From: Octopus sinensis
Lineage: Eukaryota
Direction of reading: 5' to 3'
Assembly (NCBI RefSeq): GCF_006345805.1
Contig: NC_042998.1
Location: 45,260,001-45,324,000 of the forward strand
DNA: 64,000 nucleotides
The position numbers were made by a program, and so were the translations under genes. The notes under the pieces are model-generated. The model saw only the letters and a program-made list of their open reading frames with translations, did not search any database and was not told the DNA's origin. This document shows, piece after piece, positions 50,997 through 64,000 of the stretch; position 1 is the first letter of the stretch, and every line of letters begins with the position of its first letter.

Positions 50997-53900
50997 GTGA
51001 GTTTCTCTTCCTTTCATTTCATATGATGTTATATTTATTGAAAGTTTACAAAATTTATGTGTAACAGAATAATTGACTTTTCACAAAAAAGAAATCCATT
51101 TAGAATCACACAAACTTTTTATATAGTTTTATTATAATAGTTTATAAAAATTATGAGTAACAGAATGATTGACTTTCATAAAAAAATCTGTTTAGAATCG
51201 CAGAAATTTTTTATGTGGTTTTCTATCATAATCAGTTAACTTTGGACAGTGGTGTTTAGTATATAGATGGTAGTTAGTTTTTTAGAAATTGGTGTTTCAT
51301 ATCTCTGAGCTTAAATCTCATTAAAAGCAGCTTTGCCGTTTATCTGTCCAATATTAATAAAATGAATATTAGCAATAAACTGATTCACATGTATCTCTGA
51401 AATCTAAAAAAAAAAATTATATATTATTGTTTGTTCACTTTATTCTTCATTAATCCAACAGTTCTCTTCTTTCAATGTATAGTTTTGCCATTGTTCCTTT
51501 TTATTAAGCAAAGCCAATGTGGATGTTTTTATATCCATATTTATATATCAAAACCGAATCTCCTTTCAGTCATAGAACTTCAGTATAATATCTGTTAATA
51601 TCGATACAAAAAGAATGCTATTGTATCTTACATATTATTAATATTTGGATATTACTATGAGTTAAGCTGACGAAGCTATATAAAACTTTGTTAGAAAAAA
51701 ATTACCTGCCTTATTACAAAAATAAATAAAAAGAATGACGAAGCATTTTTGTGTGGAATAACTTTTTCAAGTAGTCACAACCAAGATGGATTTCACTATG
51801 CTGCACCAGGAATTTCTCTCCCCTATTGTTACTGACATTCTTGTTTTTGTGTTGTGTGCCACTGATGGCTATGTACTCAGTTTTGTTTGCATTGAGAAAC
51901 AATAGAATGCAAAGAAAGCATGAAGGGTGATGTCATACGTGGTTAGAGCTGATATCATGTATATCTTTAATGTAAAGAAGGGAAGATTTAGAGAGCTACT
52001 GAACTCATATATATGTACTGCATTTGCTGGCATACAAGTTCATATTGTATATAGTGTTAAATATTCAAACTTTGTCACTTTCCAAATTTTGCTGCATTTC
52101 ACATGGAATTTGGGGTCTTCCAAAGTTGTTTTGGTGTATAAATTAACCTAACTTTTTTTTTTTAATGTAAATTTTCATTGAGAAAAATTCAACTTGTATG
52201 CTGGAAAATGTAGTGTGTGTGTCTATGTATGTATGTATGTATATATATATGTGATGTTGGTATGTTTACGTCCCCGTAACTTAGCGGTTTGGCAAAAGAG
52301 ACTGATAGAATAAGTACTAGGCTTACAAAGAATAAGTCCTGGGGTCGATTAGTTTGGCTAAAGGCAGTACTCCAGCATGGCCACAGTTTAATTTGCTTGA
52401 AATAGACACTGAATTTCTTTCAAACCACACCTACCATCTTAAAAAAGGCAGACATGTGAAATAATGCAGTCTTAGTTACCCCCCAAAAGACAGCGTGAAC
52501 ACAGCTGGATCAGGGTTAGCTTGGGTTAAACAATACCATCCACAACTTACTAATTTTTTCCATTCATTTATTGACTTGAAGCCAATAAAATTTATTTAAG
52601 CCGAACAGTTTTAATATCTGATAGAAATGTTCTACTTATTGATCAAGTGCCGTACTATAGTACACAAATACATAGCAACAAGAAAACCAACACCATCTTC
52701 TCGTAGGAAGGTATAAATTTTCTAATAGCATCGAATTGAACATTGTACACTGACATTATTTTATGATTTGATAACACCTAAATTAATTTTTTTTTTCTCC
52801 TACAGTTATCTCAAGGACTTTTGTTTTTAATTCATCGCATCTACTAATTGAGGCTATTTTGTTTTTGTCTCTTCATCTCTTTCACAATCTTTATTTCACT
52901 CGTCTCGTCTCTCTCTCTCTCCCCTTCACACACACACAAAGATAGTTATAAATGCCATTCTTTCCTACCTCGTCTGAAAAGAATTATTACATAATTTTTC
53001 CCTATTCATAATAGATATTGGCTTTGAATTATATAACAAGTATATAAATAGCATAAATTGCTAATATTAAAGCACATTTTGTCATTTACAAAACAACGTT
53101 ATTGTATTGATCTTCTAGTTTAAGCCAATGTAGGTCATGGACTGAACTCTTAATGTGGCTAGCATGTAGCCTTCAAACATGAAGGCCCATTTGAAAATAT
53201 TGATCGCAGTTAGCACATTGACCATGGTGGGAGCAATACCTTGTGACCAGTTAATTCTTCAAAGACATAGCAAAAATATTAAGGAATTACAGCTGAAATT
53301 ACAAGCTGTAATTCTTTTTTCAAACAGTATTTGCAGTAGTTTTTATGTTTGTTCAGTAATGTTTCAACAGAATTAATCAAAATAATATTTTAATTGTTAA
53401 TACCCATTCCTTTTCATTAAGTTCTCATAAATAATTTTAGAATGTAAATACAGAAAAATATTGCTTCAAATAATTTTTTCCTTCTCTGTTATTATTTTAT
53501 TTATTATTATTATTATTTTTTTTTTTTAATAATTATACCATCATTACACCTCTTTCAGTTGCATTTCCTTTCAGTTTTCAAGCAAGGTGGACTTTGCTTG
53601 AAATTCTAACTTCCTTTGTACACCTCTGAGAATAATTATTGTGATGGCTAATAATTGCTTATGATTATGATAGCAGTAATTGAGTTTTTTAAGAAAAATT
53701 ACTGTAAAAGCAACAAATATAATGAAGAAGACTATGTGCTCATTTGATTTTCTAGAAATAGCAGCTAAATCTGTGTCACACCTTGCCATCTTAAAAATGG
53801 GAAGAAAGGACACAGATAGTGCAGTATTAGATGTGTGGTAGCAATCATTCTTCGGATCAAACCAGATTGCAACTTCCAACAGAAGTGTTACCATCTCCCA

Positions 53901-54004
53901 TTGACGAGGCAGGATTTGAACTCAGAATGTTCAGAGCCTGAACAAATACCACGAGGCACTCTGTTTGATGCTCTGAAAATTCTACAAATCCCCAACTCTT
54001 TTTT

Positions 54005-54391
54005 TTACTTTTACTTGTTTCAGTCATTTAACTGCGGCCATGCTGGAGCACCGCCTTTAGTTGAACAAATCGACCCCAGGACTTATTCTTTGTAAGCCTA
54101 GCACATCGGTCTCTTTTGCCGAACCGCTAAGTTACGAGGACGCAAGCACACTACCATTGGTTGTCAAGCGATGTTGGGGGGGGGGGACAAACATAGACAC
54201 ACAAACATATACACATATACATATGTATACATATATACAACGGACTTCTTTCAGTTTCCGTCTACCAAATCCACTCACAAGGCTTTGGTTGGCCCAAGGC
54301 TATAGTAGGAGACACTTGCCCAAGGTGCCACACAGTGGGAATGAACCCAGAACCATGTGGTTGGTAAACAAGCTACTTACCACACAGTCGC
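54005..54391 (-). mobile_element. SINE family C, near full length
   Basis: Contains GACACTTGCCCAAGGTGCCAC (reverse complement of CORE-like GTGGCACCTTGGGCAAGTGTC) and the family tail. Confidence 0.85.
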
Positions 54392-54885
54392 TTTTTTTTT
54401 TAATATCAACCTTTAAAGAATAAATGGCAAAGTTGGGCTGATTTGAACTCACAGCATAGAGTATCAAAACAAATACCATAAAGTATTCTGTCAAACACTT
54501 TAACAGCTGTGCCAATTATCCACTTAGTTCTAAATAAACTATGCCTAAAACAAACATACTGGTCAATCAAGGCTAACCTAAGGCTACACAACATCACCAA
54601 CAAAGATTAGAAGTTATCAAGAATCAATACATGTATACCTATTATGCTTACCTGGCTGTCTGTCATAGAATGTATTCTCTCAACAATGGACAAACAAACA
54701 CATATATATCTTGATTTGTGTACATTGATGTCAATGCTGATGCAGATCTCTTAATTAAGCAGGAAGCTTTAAAGTCTTGAAGAGTAAATTGAAATGTAAA
54801 CATCCTAATCAGGTTTTGAAGCTAGGTCACGGATTGTATTTGTCAACAAGTGTAACCACACTCTTACCATTAATTGCGTAATTAT

Positions 54886-55110
54886 AAAGGCGGTGAGCTG
54901 GCAGAATTGTTAGCACACCAGACAAAATGCTTAGTGGCACTTCATCCATCTTTGCGTTCTGAGTTCAAATGCCACTGAGGTCGACTTTGCCTTTCATGCT
55001 TTTGGGTTCAAGAATATAAGTACCAATTTAGCACTTGGGTTGATGTAATTGACTTGGCCCCTCTTCCAAAACTTCAGATCTTGTCCCTATAGTAGAAAGA
55101 ATTAATCATG
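54886..55110 (+). mobile_element. SINE family A variant
   Basis: AAGGCGGTGAGCTGGCAGAA..GAGTTCAAATGCCACTGAGGTCGACTTTGCC. Confidence 0.8.
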
Positions 55111-55416
55111 TAATTAAATCCAGAACTATTTTAGCAAGATAATATCAGCCTGCAAGAAATTCACAATTCTGAATTTTTTTTATCCTTTCAATAATAGTGC
55201 CTTATAATTGTGAATTATTTTGATTAGTCACAAAGACAATTGTTTCAGTCATTGGATTGCGGCCATGCTGCAGCACCACCTTGAGAATTTTAGTCGAATA
55301 AATTGCCCCCAGTACTTACTCTTTTAAGCCTGGAACTTATTTTATTGGTTTCTTTTTGCTGAACTGCTAAGTTATGGGAACCATAAGCAAATCAACACTG
55401 GTTGTCAAGTGGTGGT

Positions 55417-55454
<38 letters not shown>

Positions 55455-58204
55455 AATTCACAACAGAATTCTTTCATTTTCCATCTATCAAATCCATTGA
55501 CAAAGCTTTGGTCAGCTCAGGACTCTAGTAGAAGACACTTACGCAATGTGCCACACTGTGGGACCAAACCCAGGACTAGTAGTTGGAAAGCAAACTTCTT
55601 ACCACTCAGCTACACCTGTGCCTAAGCCACTCCTGCACCTATTGCAAACTATTTTGATTAGTTACAAAGGCAGTTTTGTTGAAGATATTCACTCACTTTT
55701 TTATATCATCCCAGGATATTCTTCATTATCTTCAGTATCTGCTTTCCCATTTTGGCATAGGTTAGGCAGGACTTTCTGAAGCTGTATTTTATGGTTGGAT
55801 GCCCTTTAAGGCATCAACCCTTTTAGCTGCCTCTTACAATATGCAAGGGAACAGTGTATCTATTCTAAAAGCTATGATACGTGTTAACTACAATGAAAGG
55901 TAAAAAATAACTTTACCTCTTCTTTACTAACTTCATTTCAAACTTTTTAGGCTGAAGAATAAGCATCCAGCCCCCACCACTAGCATAATTGCATAAAGGA
56001 GAAATTCCCTTTTCTAAATATCTCAAAATTTACTGTAGGGGCTTGACTATATTCTGTAAGACCCCTGAGGAAGCAGAAGTTTATTTGAAGGAGGAAAAAA
56101 TAGAGACGGATAGATATGTTCACATTTAACCAACATATACATATGCACTGTCAAATAAATACACACACACACACACACATCATGTTCACTCTAAAAGAGA
56201 CACACACACTCCTATGTTTGTAGACACATATGCATACTCACTTCAAGAGACACACATACAAGATCTGTCTTGCAGACACATACATAGACACACACAAAAA
56301 TAGTATATTTCAACACTAGAAATTCATTTGTGTGTTAATTTGAAAGCCCTGTCTTCATTGCTATTTCCATTATTAGATATGCTTAATTCTATACAGTCAT
56401 CATCACTAGCATAACCACCTAATCACCATGACAATTCTATTGATGCTGTTGAGAACATGAAGTTACAATTCCTGTTTTATATTGTACCCACCCAGTTTTT
56501 GCATTCAATAAGATTGCACCAATTATGATAATGGTACATAAGATTCCGATAACGGTACATGAGCATCAGATTTATAGAAAATTTTAAATGCTGTCAATGG
56601 TCTTGGGAAAAGCATCAATGGAACAAATGGTTTTATTTCCATTTGGGAGGTAAAACCAGACTACAGGCTTCATTCATCAGTGACTTGGTGCCATTATGTA
56701 ACAGCAAAGTGACTCAAAATTAATCAGTGTGTCACTTCTCGGTAGAAACTTCCTAAGTGCATGATAGGCAGATTCCTCGGATAATCATCATCATTGTTTC
56801 AGTTTCTCTGTGCTGCTATGTGTTTGTCAGGTTTTGAGTATGACGAATTACTATTTTCCTCTATTCTATAACATCTTGTCTGAGAAGCTACATATTCTCA
56901 TATCAGGCTGTTCCACTTCTTCCCATGCTTTCTTTGATCTGCTTCTGCTATAGATGCCATTAACTCACAGTTCATTTCACTTTTTCACTCAGCAGGTTAT
57001 CATCTATTCACATTATATGTTCACACCACTGCAGTCACATCTCTTGTACAGTAGATAAAATACAACCTATATAAATGAAGGAGGTAATTCAAAAAGGATA
57101 TAGAGAGAGAAATCTTACTAAAATATTGATTTCTTACACAAGCATAAAACTAGAAATTTGGTGGGAAAGAACATTAGATATATCAACCCCAATACTTGAC
57201 TGGTATTGTATTGTATTTTAACAATCCCAGAGGGATGAAAGCAGTTGTAACTAAATTCTTGTTAATGACTGGCAGAGTCATTAAAGCATCAGACAAAATA
57301 CTTTGCAGCATTTATTCCAGTTTCTTGCATTCTGAGTTCAAATCCCACTGAGATCAACTTTTGATTTTCTTCCCACAGGAGTCAATAAATAAAATACCAG
57401 TCTAGGACTGAATAAGAGACTTGCATAATCACTAGAATATCAGGATGTTTTGCAGTATTTGTTCCAGTTCTTTGCACTCCAAGTTCAAATTCTGCACTGA
57501 CCTACTTGGATGGCAAACTTAATCTATCAACTGGTTTAACATAGCCTGATCCTTAGGTGCCTTTAGTAATGCCCCCATGGTTATATTTGTTATGGATTCT
57601 TTCCACCCTTCTACTCATAAACAAAATCCCTCTCACTAAGCAGTAAAAAAAAGAAAGAAGGATAAATGAGCTAACTTAGAATTATGAGTGATTATTGTAA
57701 TTCTTCCAGTCTGGTTTATGATAATAGTTGACTTCATATATTCTGGGCTATATCTCTTTCAGACTAACCAGAAAACCAAAATAAATCACCCAAGTGTTAT
57801 AACCAAAGATATGAAAGAAAATTTGTGTTAAGGTAGACATATCAGTCTTATCTAAGAGGTGGGAAAATCATTAAACTATGAAAAATCCAAAAATTAATAC
57901 GAACAAAATGTGGGGAATAAGAGTATAAACTATAACAATAATAATTGGTGTTCTGAGTATTCTTTTATCCCATTGTCCAAAGGAAGGAAGCAATGCATAT
58001 AGTCTTTGTAGGCCTTCCAGACTAGTGAGGTTGATATGATTGATATTAAACTTGAATTTCTCTAAGTTGGTGCTGCCTAACTCCAAATCAATCCTGATAA
58101 GGCAGACCAATGATCAAAGCATTCTATCCACAACTTCCTTGTCTTTTGTGGCAAATATGGCTAAAACTACACTATCCAGTGTGTTTTTTTTTTTCCTTAT
58201 TTAA

Positions 58205-58426
58205 CCCTTTTGTTACCATATTTCTGTTGAGATGCTCTGTTTTTCTTTCAATTAATTTTAAATATAACAAAAAGTTTAATAAAATAACTTAGTTATTATT
58301 AAGGTAATGTTAGGAACACGAATTGTCACTAAGGTTTGGTAGAAGATTTTAATTTAGAACTTTTGAAAACAAGACATTTGTACTACAGAGCCAGAGACGG
58401 TTTCAGGCAGGTTGATATTAAAAGGG
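58205..58426. mobile_element. TTAA-flanked MITE, family 3 copy
   Basis: TTAA-CCCTTTTGTTACCATATTTCTGTTGAGATG identical to 32296 onward; ends AAAGGG-CTAA. Confidence 0.78.
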
Positions 58427-59247
58427 CTAAAATGGTAGGGTGTAATTTGAGAGAGAATTAGTTCCCTTGTTGGTTAAAATTTCTGTAGGTTAATTCCTGT
58501 GACCAAGGTTTGGAGGTTGGGAGGGAAACCTAAAGGAGGCAGAATTGAGAAACATTTTTAGTATGGAGAGAAAACTTTAAGACATGTACATAGAGTACTT
58601 GATTCAGTGATAAAACAAATAACATGAATTAAACAGGTAAAATCAAATAAGATTCACAATATTTCATACAAACTAAGATTAACACTACTAGACATAACAT
58701 ATTTTATGCGTGACCCTTTCAGTGGTATTGCACAACCCCCACAGCACATATTCAATGAGAGTTGTTATTGAATTACAACTTGCAAGATTTAGTAACACAA
58801 CAAATAACAAGGGAGTCATACTAATTGTTTAGCAATAATCTAATTTGCAACAATAAAACCATGCCATAAGCACTAGGAAATACAGCTATCTGCTTGGTTT
58901 TGCTGTGAAAAGCTTGCCTTGAAAATAGCAACAACAAAAATTACAATTTCATTGTGCATGACCAAAGTTTGTGAAGAGGTTTAGTCAACTTCCAGTATTT
59001 ATTTTATCAATTCTGAAAGAATAGAAAGCAAATTTACACTTGTCAGCATTTGGACTCAGAACTTAGAGATATGTACTCTTCAGTCTTGCCCAAGATAATA
59101 CAACCTCTGTACAACTCTGTAAGCTGGCTGGCATTAGGAAGTTCTTCCTTTTGTAGAAACCGTGTCAAAAATGGAATGTATGAGATATAATTCTCAGCTT
59201 GTCTAAAAGAGCAGTAACACCAAATAAGAACTGACTTGAAATATATA

Positions 59248-59460
59248 TTTCTTTACTACCCACAAGGGGACAAACAAGGACAGATAAACGGATTAAGTCA
59301 ATTACATCAACCCCAGTGTGTAACTGGTACTTAATTTATTGGCCCCGAAAGGATGAAAGGCAAAGTTGACCTCGGCAGAATTTTAACTCAGAACGTAGCA
59401 GCAGATGTAATTCATCTATGCATTTCGCCCGGCGTGTGGACGATTCTGCCAGCTCACTGA
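59248..59460 (-). mobile_element. SINE family A
   Basis: Reverse complement aligns to 816-1045. Confidence 0.82.
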
Positions 59461-59964
59461 CTTGAAATATAATGGACCCTCCCACACCTGCCAGCTTGGA
59501 AAGTGAATGGAAATTGATGATGGTGTAGCTAAATGGTATATACCATTTACTATGGTATTGTACTGTTCCTGACTCCATCTTACCATGTTCACTTTTCTGT
59601 GCTTGCTTAGGTCAGTCAGATTGAATTCATTGAGGCAAATTTGCCAAATTTTCCTTCAGCCAAATTCCTTTCTTGTCAGCAATCTTCACTTGTTTCCAAG
59701 TAAGGTAACATTTTCCCATGGACATGTTTCCATAGAAGTTTGGAAACTCAAGACACCACTTGGATAGTAGTGTTCATTTATAAACTATCACACCATGTCA
59801 AGACAAGAGAACACATACATGCAAACCCCCACACACACACACACACACACATGATGGGCCTCTTTTGGTTTGGTCAACCTAAGACTATAGTTGAAAAATC
59901 TACCCAAGTGCCATGCAGTGAGATTGAACCTGAAGCCATGTGGTAGGAAAGTGTACTTTTTAAC

Positions 59965-60600
59965 CATATAACAATAATAATAATAATAATCCTTTCTACT
60001 ATAGGCACAAGACCTGAAATTTTGGGGGAGGAGCCTAGTCAGTTACATCGACCCCAGTGTTGAACTGGTACTTAATTTATCAACCCCAAAAGGATCAAAG
60101 GCAAATTCAACCTCAGTGGAATTTGAACTCAGAACGTAGCAACGGGCGAAATACTGCTAAGCAATTTGCCTGGTGTGCTAATGATTCTGCCAGCTCAATA
60201 ATAATAATCCTTTCTACTAAAGGCTATATAAGGCCTGAAATTTGGTGGGAGTAGACTAGTCAATTACACTGACCCCAGTGTTTCACTGGTACTTAATTTA
60301 TTGATCCTGATAGGATGAAAGGCAAAGTTGACCTCAGTGGAATTTGAACTCAGAACATAGCGGCATGCAAAATACTGCTAAGTATTTCATCCTTCATGCT
60401 AATGGCTCTGTCAGCTCGCTGCCTTAATAATAATAATAATAGTAGTAGATGTGATGACAACAATGATTTCTAACATAGGCACAAGGCCACCAATTTTGGG
60501 AGAAGGATTCTTTACTTTATCAACACTCCTACACCCATCTTGATGGATGAAAGGGAAAGTTGACCTTGGTAGGATTTGAACATAAAAGGCTACTACAAGT
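59965..60600 (-). mobile_element. Head-to-tail array of three family A SINE variants joined by (ATT)n
   Basis: TTTCTACT..AGGCAC/AGGCC tail motif at about 59992, 60210 and 60470; heads at about 60195 and 60425; (AAT)n spacers. Confidence 0.8.
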
Positions 60601-62055
60601 ATGATGATGACGTTAATAATAATAATAATTCTCTGGCTAAGTAATTTAAAGTGAAACCTTAAATTGCTTGAGAAAAATTTCTTGTAGTAGAGCATAGCAA
60701 CTAGTAACCAACTAATTACATTACTGACAGAAATATTTAAAAAGAAATTAATCCTTGATTATTTCTTTTGTTCTCAAAATATTTTCAACATTTGATGTTT
60801 TTAATGGCTAAAATATAAAGCAATTATTGCCACTGCTGTCTGACTATAACCAATTTAGCAATTTCTAAATCAATTTAATTATAAAACATTTCCTTTTTAA
60901 ACTAAATTAAATTCTGTTTTAAAGAGATTTTTCAGAATTTTATACTTTGATATTTTCAGTGAAGAATTTTTCTTAAGACTTAGATTTGATATTTGATAGT
61001 CATTAAAAGAAGTAGTAACAAAAATAACAACTGTTTGTACTGAATTTTTGTGGGTGGTTTCCATTCATAATTGCCTTCTTTTCATTCAAAGTTTCTACTC
61101 AAGTTTGTTGGGAGTCTATAGAAGAGGTAGTATATTTAATGCTAAGCTTCCTAAGACTTTGCCTCTGGTGCAAAGAAAACCATAATAATCCCAGTTGGCT
61201 AGTGAATATTTCCTTGTATTTTCAGTTTATTTATACATTAACTAAACAATGTGCGCTTTTGATTCTCTCTTGAGAATGTAAGGGGTGTTATTGTTAGCAT
61301 ATTTGGAATGCTTGTTTGCTATATAATCCACACGGGAGAGCAAGTATAAATGATTTTAGTATCATAAATATCAAGCCATTAAAAGAAAAATTGTTTCAAA
61401 GAAAACAGTGTTTAAAAAACTGACCCATTTTCTTATAAATGAATGTTATTTACTGTCAGGCTGTTTTGACTCAAAAATTAGGATTAAAATTTTTTCATCT
61501 TTCAGTTATGTTTGTCTGTTTCATTTGGGATGGTCCTTAACATTTCTAATAGCTTCCATTTTATATATGTAAAGTTTGTTGTTGATATGTTGGCTGGGTC
61601 ATTCCAACTGTCTTCACTTTGAGTTCAAATTGTAGCATTGTCAAATTTGCCTTACATGGTTTTTTTTCCTTTTGTGTGTGAGATCAAAAAATAAAATACC
61701 CGTCCAGTATCGAGGTTGATTCTTTCTTCTCTCCCTCCCTTTCTCACCCTCTCAGGAAGAAATCAGTTGTTTTCAAACCTAGAGAGAGACTGGTTCCACT
61801 AATTTAAAATTCTCAAGGCAATACTATTTGTCTATTTAATACCCCTACAACTCCATAAGAGGTAAAAGGCCTAAGGAAGAAGAAAGCGATGTAACATATG
61901 CGTGAGGGTGTCATCATCGCCATCATTCTAATTAATATAACATCTATTGCAATCAGGAGCAGATAGGTTATCTTAATTAGATTCACACTAAAGACCAGTG
62001 ACCCGTATATATTAAGATTATAAATGTACACTCCATAGATACAAAAAACAATGTT

Positions 62056-62057
<2 letters not shown>

Positions 62058-62128
<71 letters not shown>

Positions 62129-62140
62129 TATATATATATG
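62058..62140. repeat. (TA)n microsatellite
   Basis: Directly visible. Confidence 0.98.
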
Positions 62141-62619
62141 CCTAAAGCTTACACATTCTTATAAGCATAAATAGAATAACAAAAAATATTTACAAGATGC
62201 AAAATATATTTTAGATTAAGTTATGGCTCACATATCTGGGACAGTACACCAATTATACAATGTACTATGTGGACCACTGCCAATAACATATTTAACTACC
62301 TGATTGGCAAGCTTTTACTAAGCAACACACTCATACACTATTAAAGCAGTTTCTGTCACCTTTTACTATGAAAGTGTTTTCTTCATTGAACTTGTACATT
62401 GTTTATTACCTTCATTCATTGGGATGGAGCAATTATATCATAAGGGAGGGTATAACTGTTTTGATACTTTGACTGGAAAAAACAACACTAAATATAGTAG
62501 GAATGGGGGTACAACAGTGGTTGTTTGTTTAGCGCTAAGTTAACCCTTTTAGTATCAACTCACCGTACCTGATTTTTTTCTGATACAAACATCTTGTTTG
62601 AAAGTGATCATCATTCATC

Positions 62620-62940
62620 ATCATCATCATTGTTTAACGTCCGTTTTCCATGCTAGCATGGATTGGACGGTTTGACAGGGGTCTGGGAAGCCAGGAGGCT
62701 GCACCAGGCTCCAGTCTGATCTGGCAGTGTTTCTACAGCTGGATGCCCTTCCTAACACCAACCACTCTGTGAGTGTAGTGGGTGCTTTTTACGTGCCACC
62801 AGCATAGGTGCCAAGGGAGGCTGGCAGCGACCAAGATCGGTTGGTGCTTTTTACGTGCCACTGGCACAGAAGTGAGTCAAGGCAGCGCTGGCATCAGCCA
62901 CATTTGGATGGTGCTTTTTTCGTGCCATCGGCACAGGTAT
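62620..62940 (-). mobile_element. RTE-type LINE 3' end with three tandem UTR units
   Basis: (CAT)n tail at 62620-62630; TGCCA anchors at 62794, 62856, 62923. Confidence 0.87.
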
Positions 62941-64000
62941 CACAGCTACAATTTCCATTCCCATCAAAATTCCATGTCAATATATGTTCTAAACATCAAC
63001 TTAATAATGAGTTATTTTACTATATTTTTCATTATTTTCCAAATTAATTGAAATAAAGGTTGTGTATTCCAACAGAAATCTGGTTTTAAAAAAGGACTAA
63101 AACTGGTTAACTCAATTGTCTTGATTTAAGTTGATGATTTCAAATCTGAGATAACATATTTAAAATTACCTTAGGTTTAAAGTTAAAGACTACAACTTAC
63201 AAATCTATTTTGACAATGAAAACATGAATAAGGTAAGGAAACCCTTGATTCTGAATCATTGTAGATTGGAAATTTAAATGTAAGATCAAAATATCTAAAG
63301 TTCAGAATTGAACAAATGAAATCATGGACACAGAAACCTATAATGGTTCAATTCAACATCATCATCATCATTCAATGTCCACTTTTCCATGTTTGCATGG
63401 ATCAGGCAGAATTTGTTGAGACATTTTCTTTAACTGGATGCCTTTTCTGTCACCAACCTTCACCTTGTTTCCTAGAAAGGTAATATTTCCCCCCATTGCT
63501 AGACATGTTCATTTACAACCACCACCACCATCATCATCATCATCGTTTAATATCCACTTTCCATGCTGGCATGGGTTGGATGGTTTGGCAGGAGCTGGTT
63601 GGGCAGAAGATGAGCTTCTTCCAGTTTCTATCTACTAAATCCACTCACAGACTCTTGGCCAGTCCGGGGCTATAGTAGAAGACACTTGCTCAAGGTGCTG
63701 CACAGTAGAACTGAACCCAAAACTACATGGTTGATTATTAAGCAGGCTTCTTAACCCCACAGCCATACATGTGCCTATGATTTACTACCAGCACACTGAT
63801 GGTAAATTCTAGTTGTACTTGTGACTACTTCTGTATGAAACTAATTTAATATTTCTGATTACAACTCCAGACTAAATGAATAAAAATATTTTCGGGCTTT
63901 TCCATTGCACTGTCATAAAAATCTTCTAGTTACCAACAGCTACCATCATTTATTTATCTTTCATACAGAATAGATAAAATGGGGAAAAAATACTCTATTT

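Noticed and set aside
56058-56115. KTPEEAEVYLKEEK, resembling the PAKSxEE segment expected in the next TBC exon
   Set aside because: Lacks the preceding NLPA, has no acceptor in the required phase, and does not continue into the conserved HRQxYxEM sequence.

Overview
AT-rich eukaryotic DNA, almost entirely intronic or intergenic. It is saturated with (TA)n/(TG)n/(CA)n microsatellites, tRNA-derived SINEs, RTE-type LINE 3' ends and MITEs. This repeat repertoire is what I associate with an Octopus (coleoid cephalopod) genome; that assignment is inference, not proof. I recognise only one host coding exon: 50766-50996 (+), from a TBC1D12/TBC1D14-family Rab-GAP gene. The most informative structure is at 4400-7500. 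It is a 5'-truncated Penelope-like retroelement (RT C-terminus plus GIY-YIG endonuclease) that is free of premature stops and broken only by three -1 frameshifts. It lies between microsatellites, is preceded by a 78-bp-arm fold-back, and is followed about 1 kb after the ORF by a minimal hammerhead-ribozyme motif (7351-7387). Two decayed copies of the same hammerhead-bearing repeat sit as an inverted pair at 29485-29713. Also present: a full-length decayed DD37D (maT) Tc1/mariner element with TIRs and TA TSD (3049-4299), a hAT-type MITE, three TTAA-flanked MITE families, at least three distinct RTE lineages, and a 334-bp tandem duplication. Most long ORFs in the supplied track are translated microsatellites and are not genes. 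No prokaryotic-type systems (CRISPR, operons) are present.
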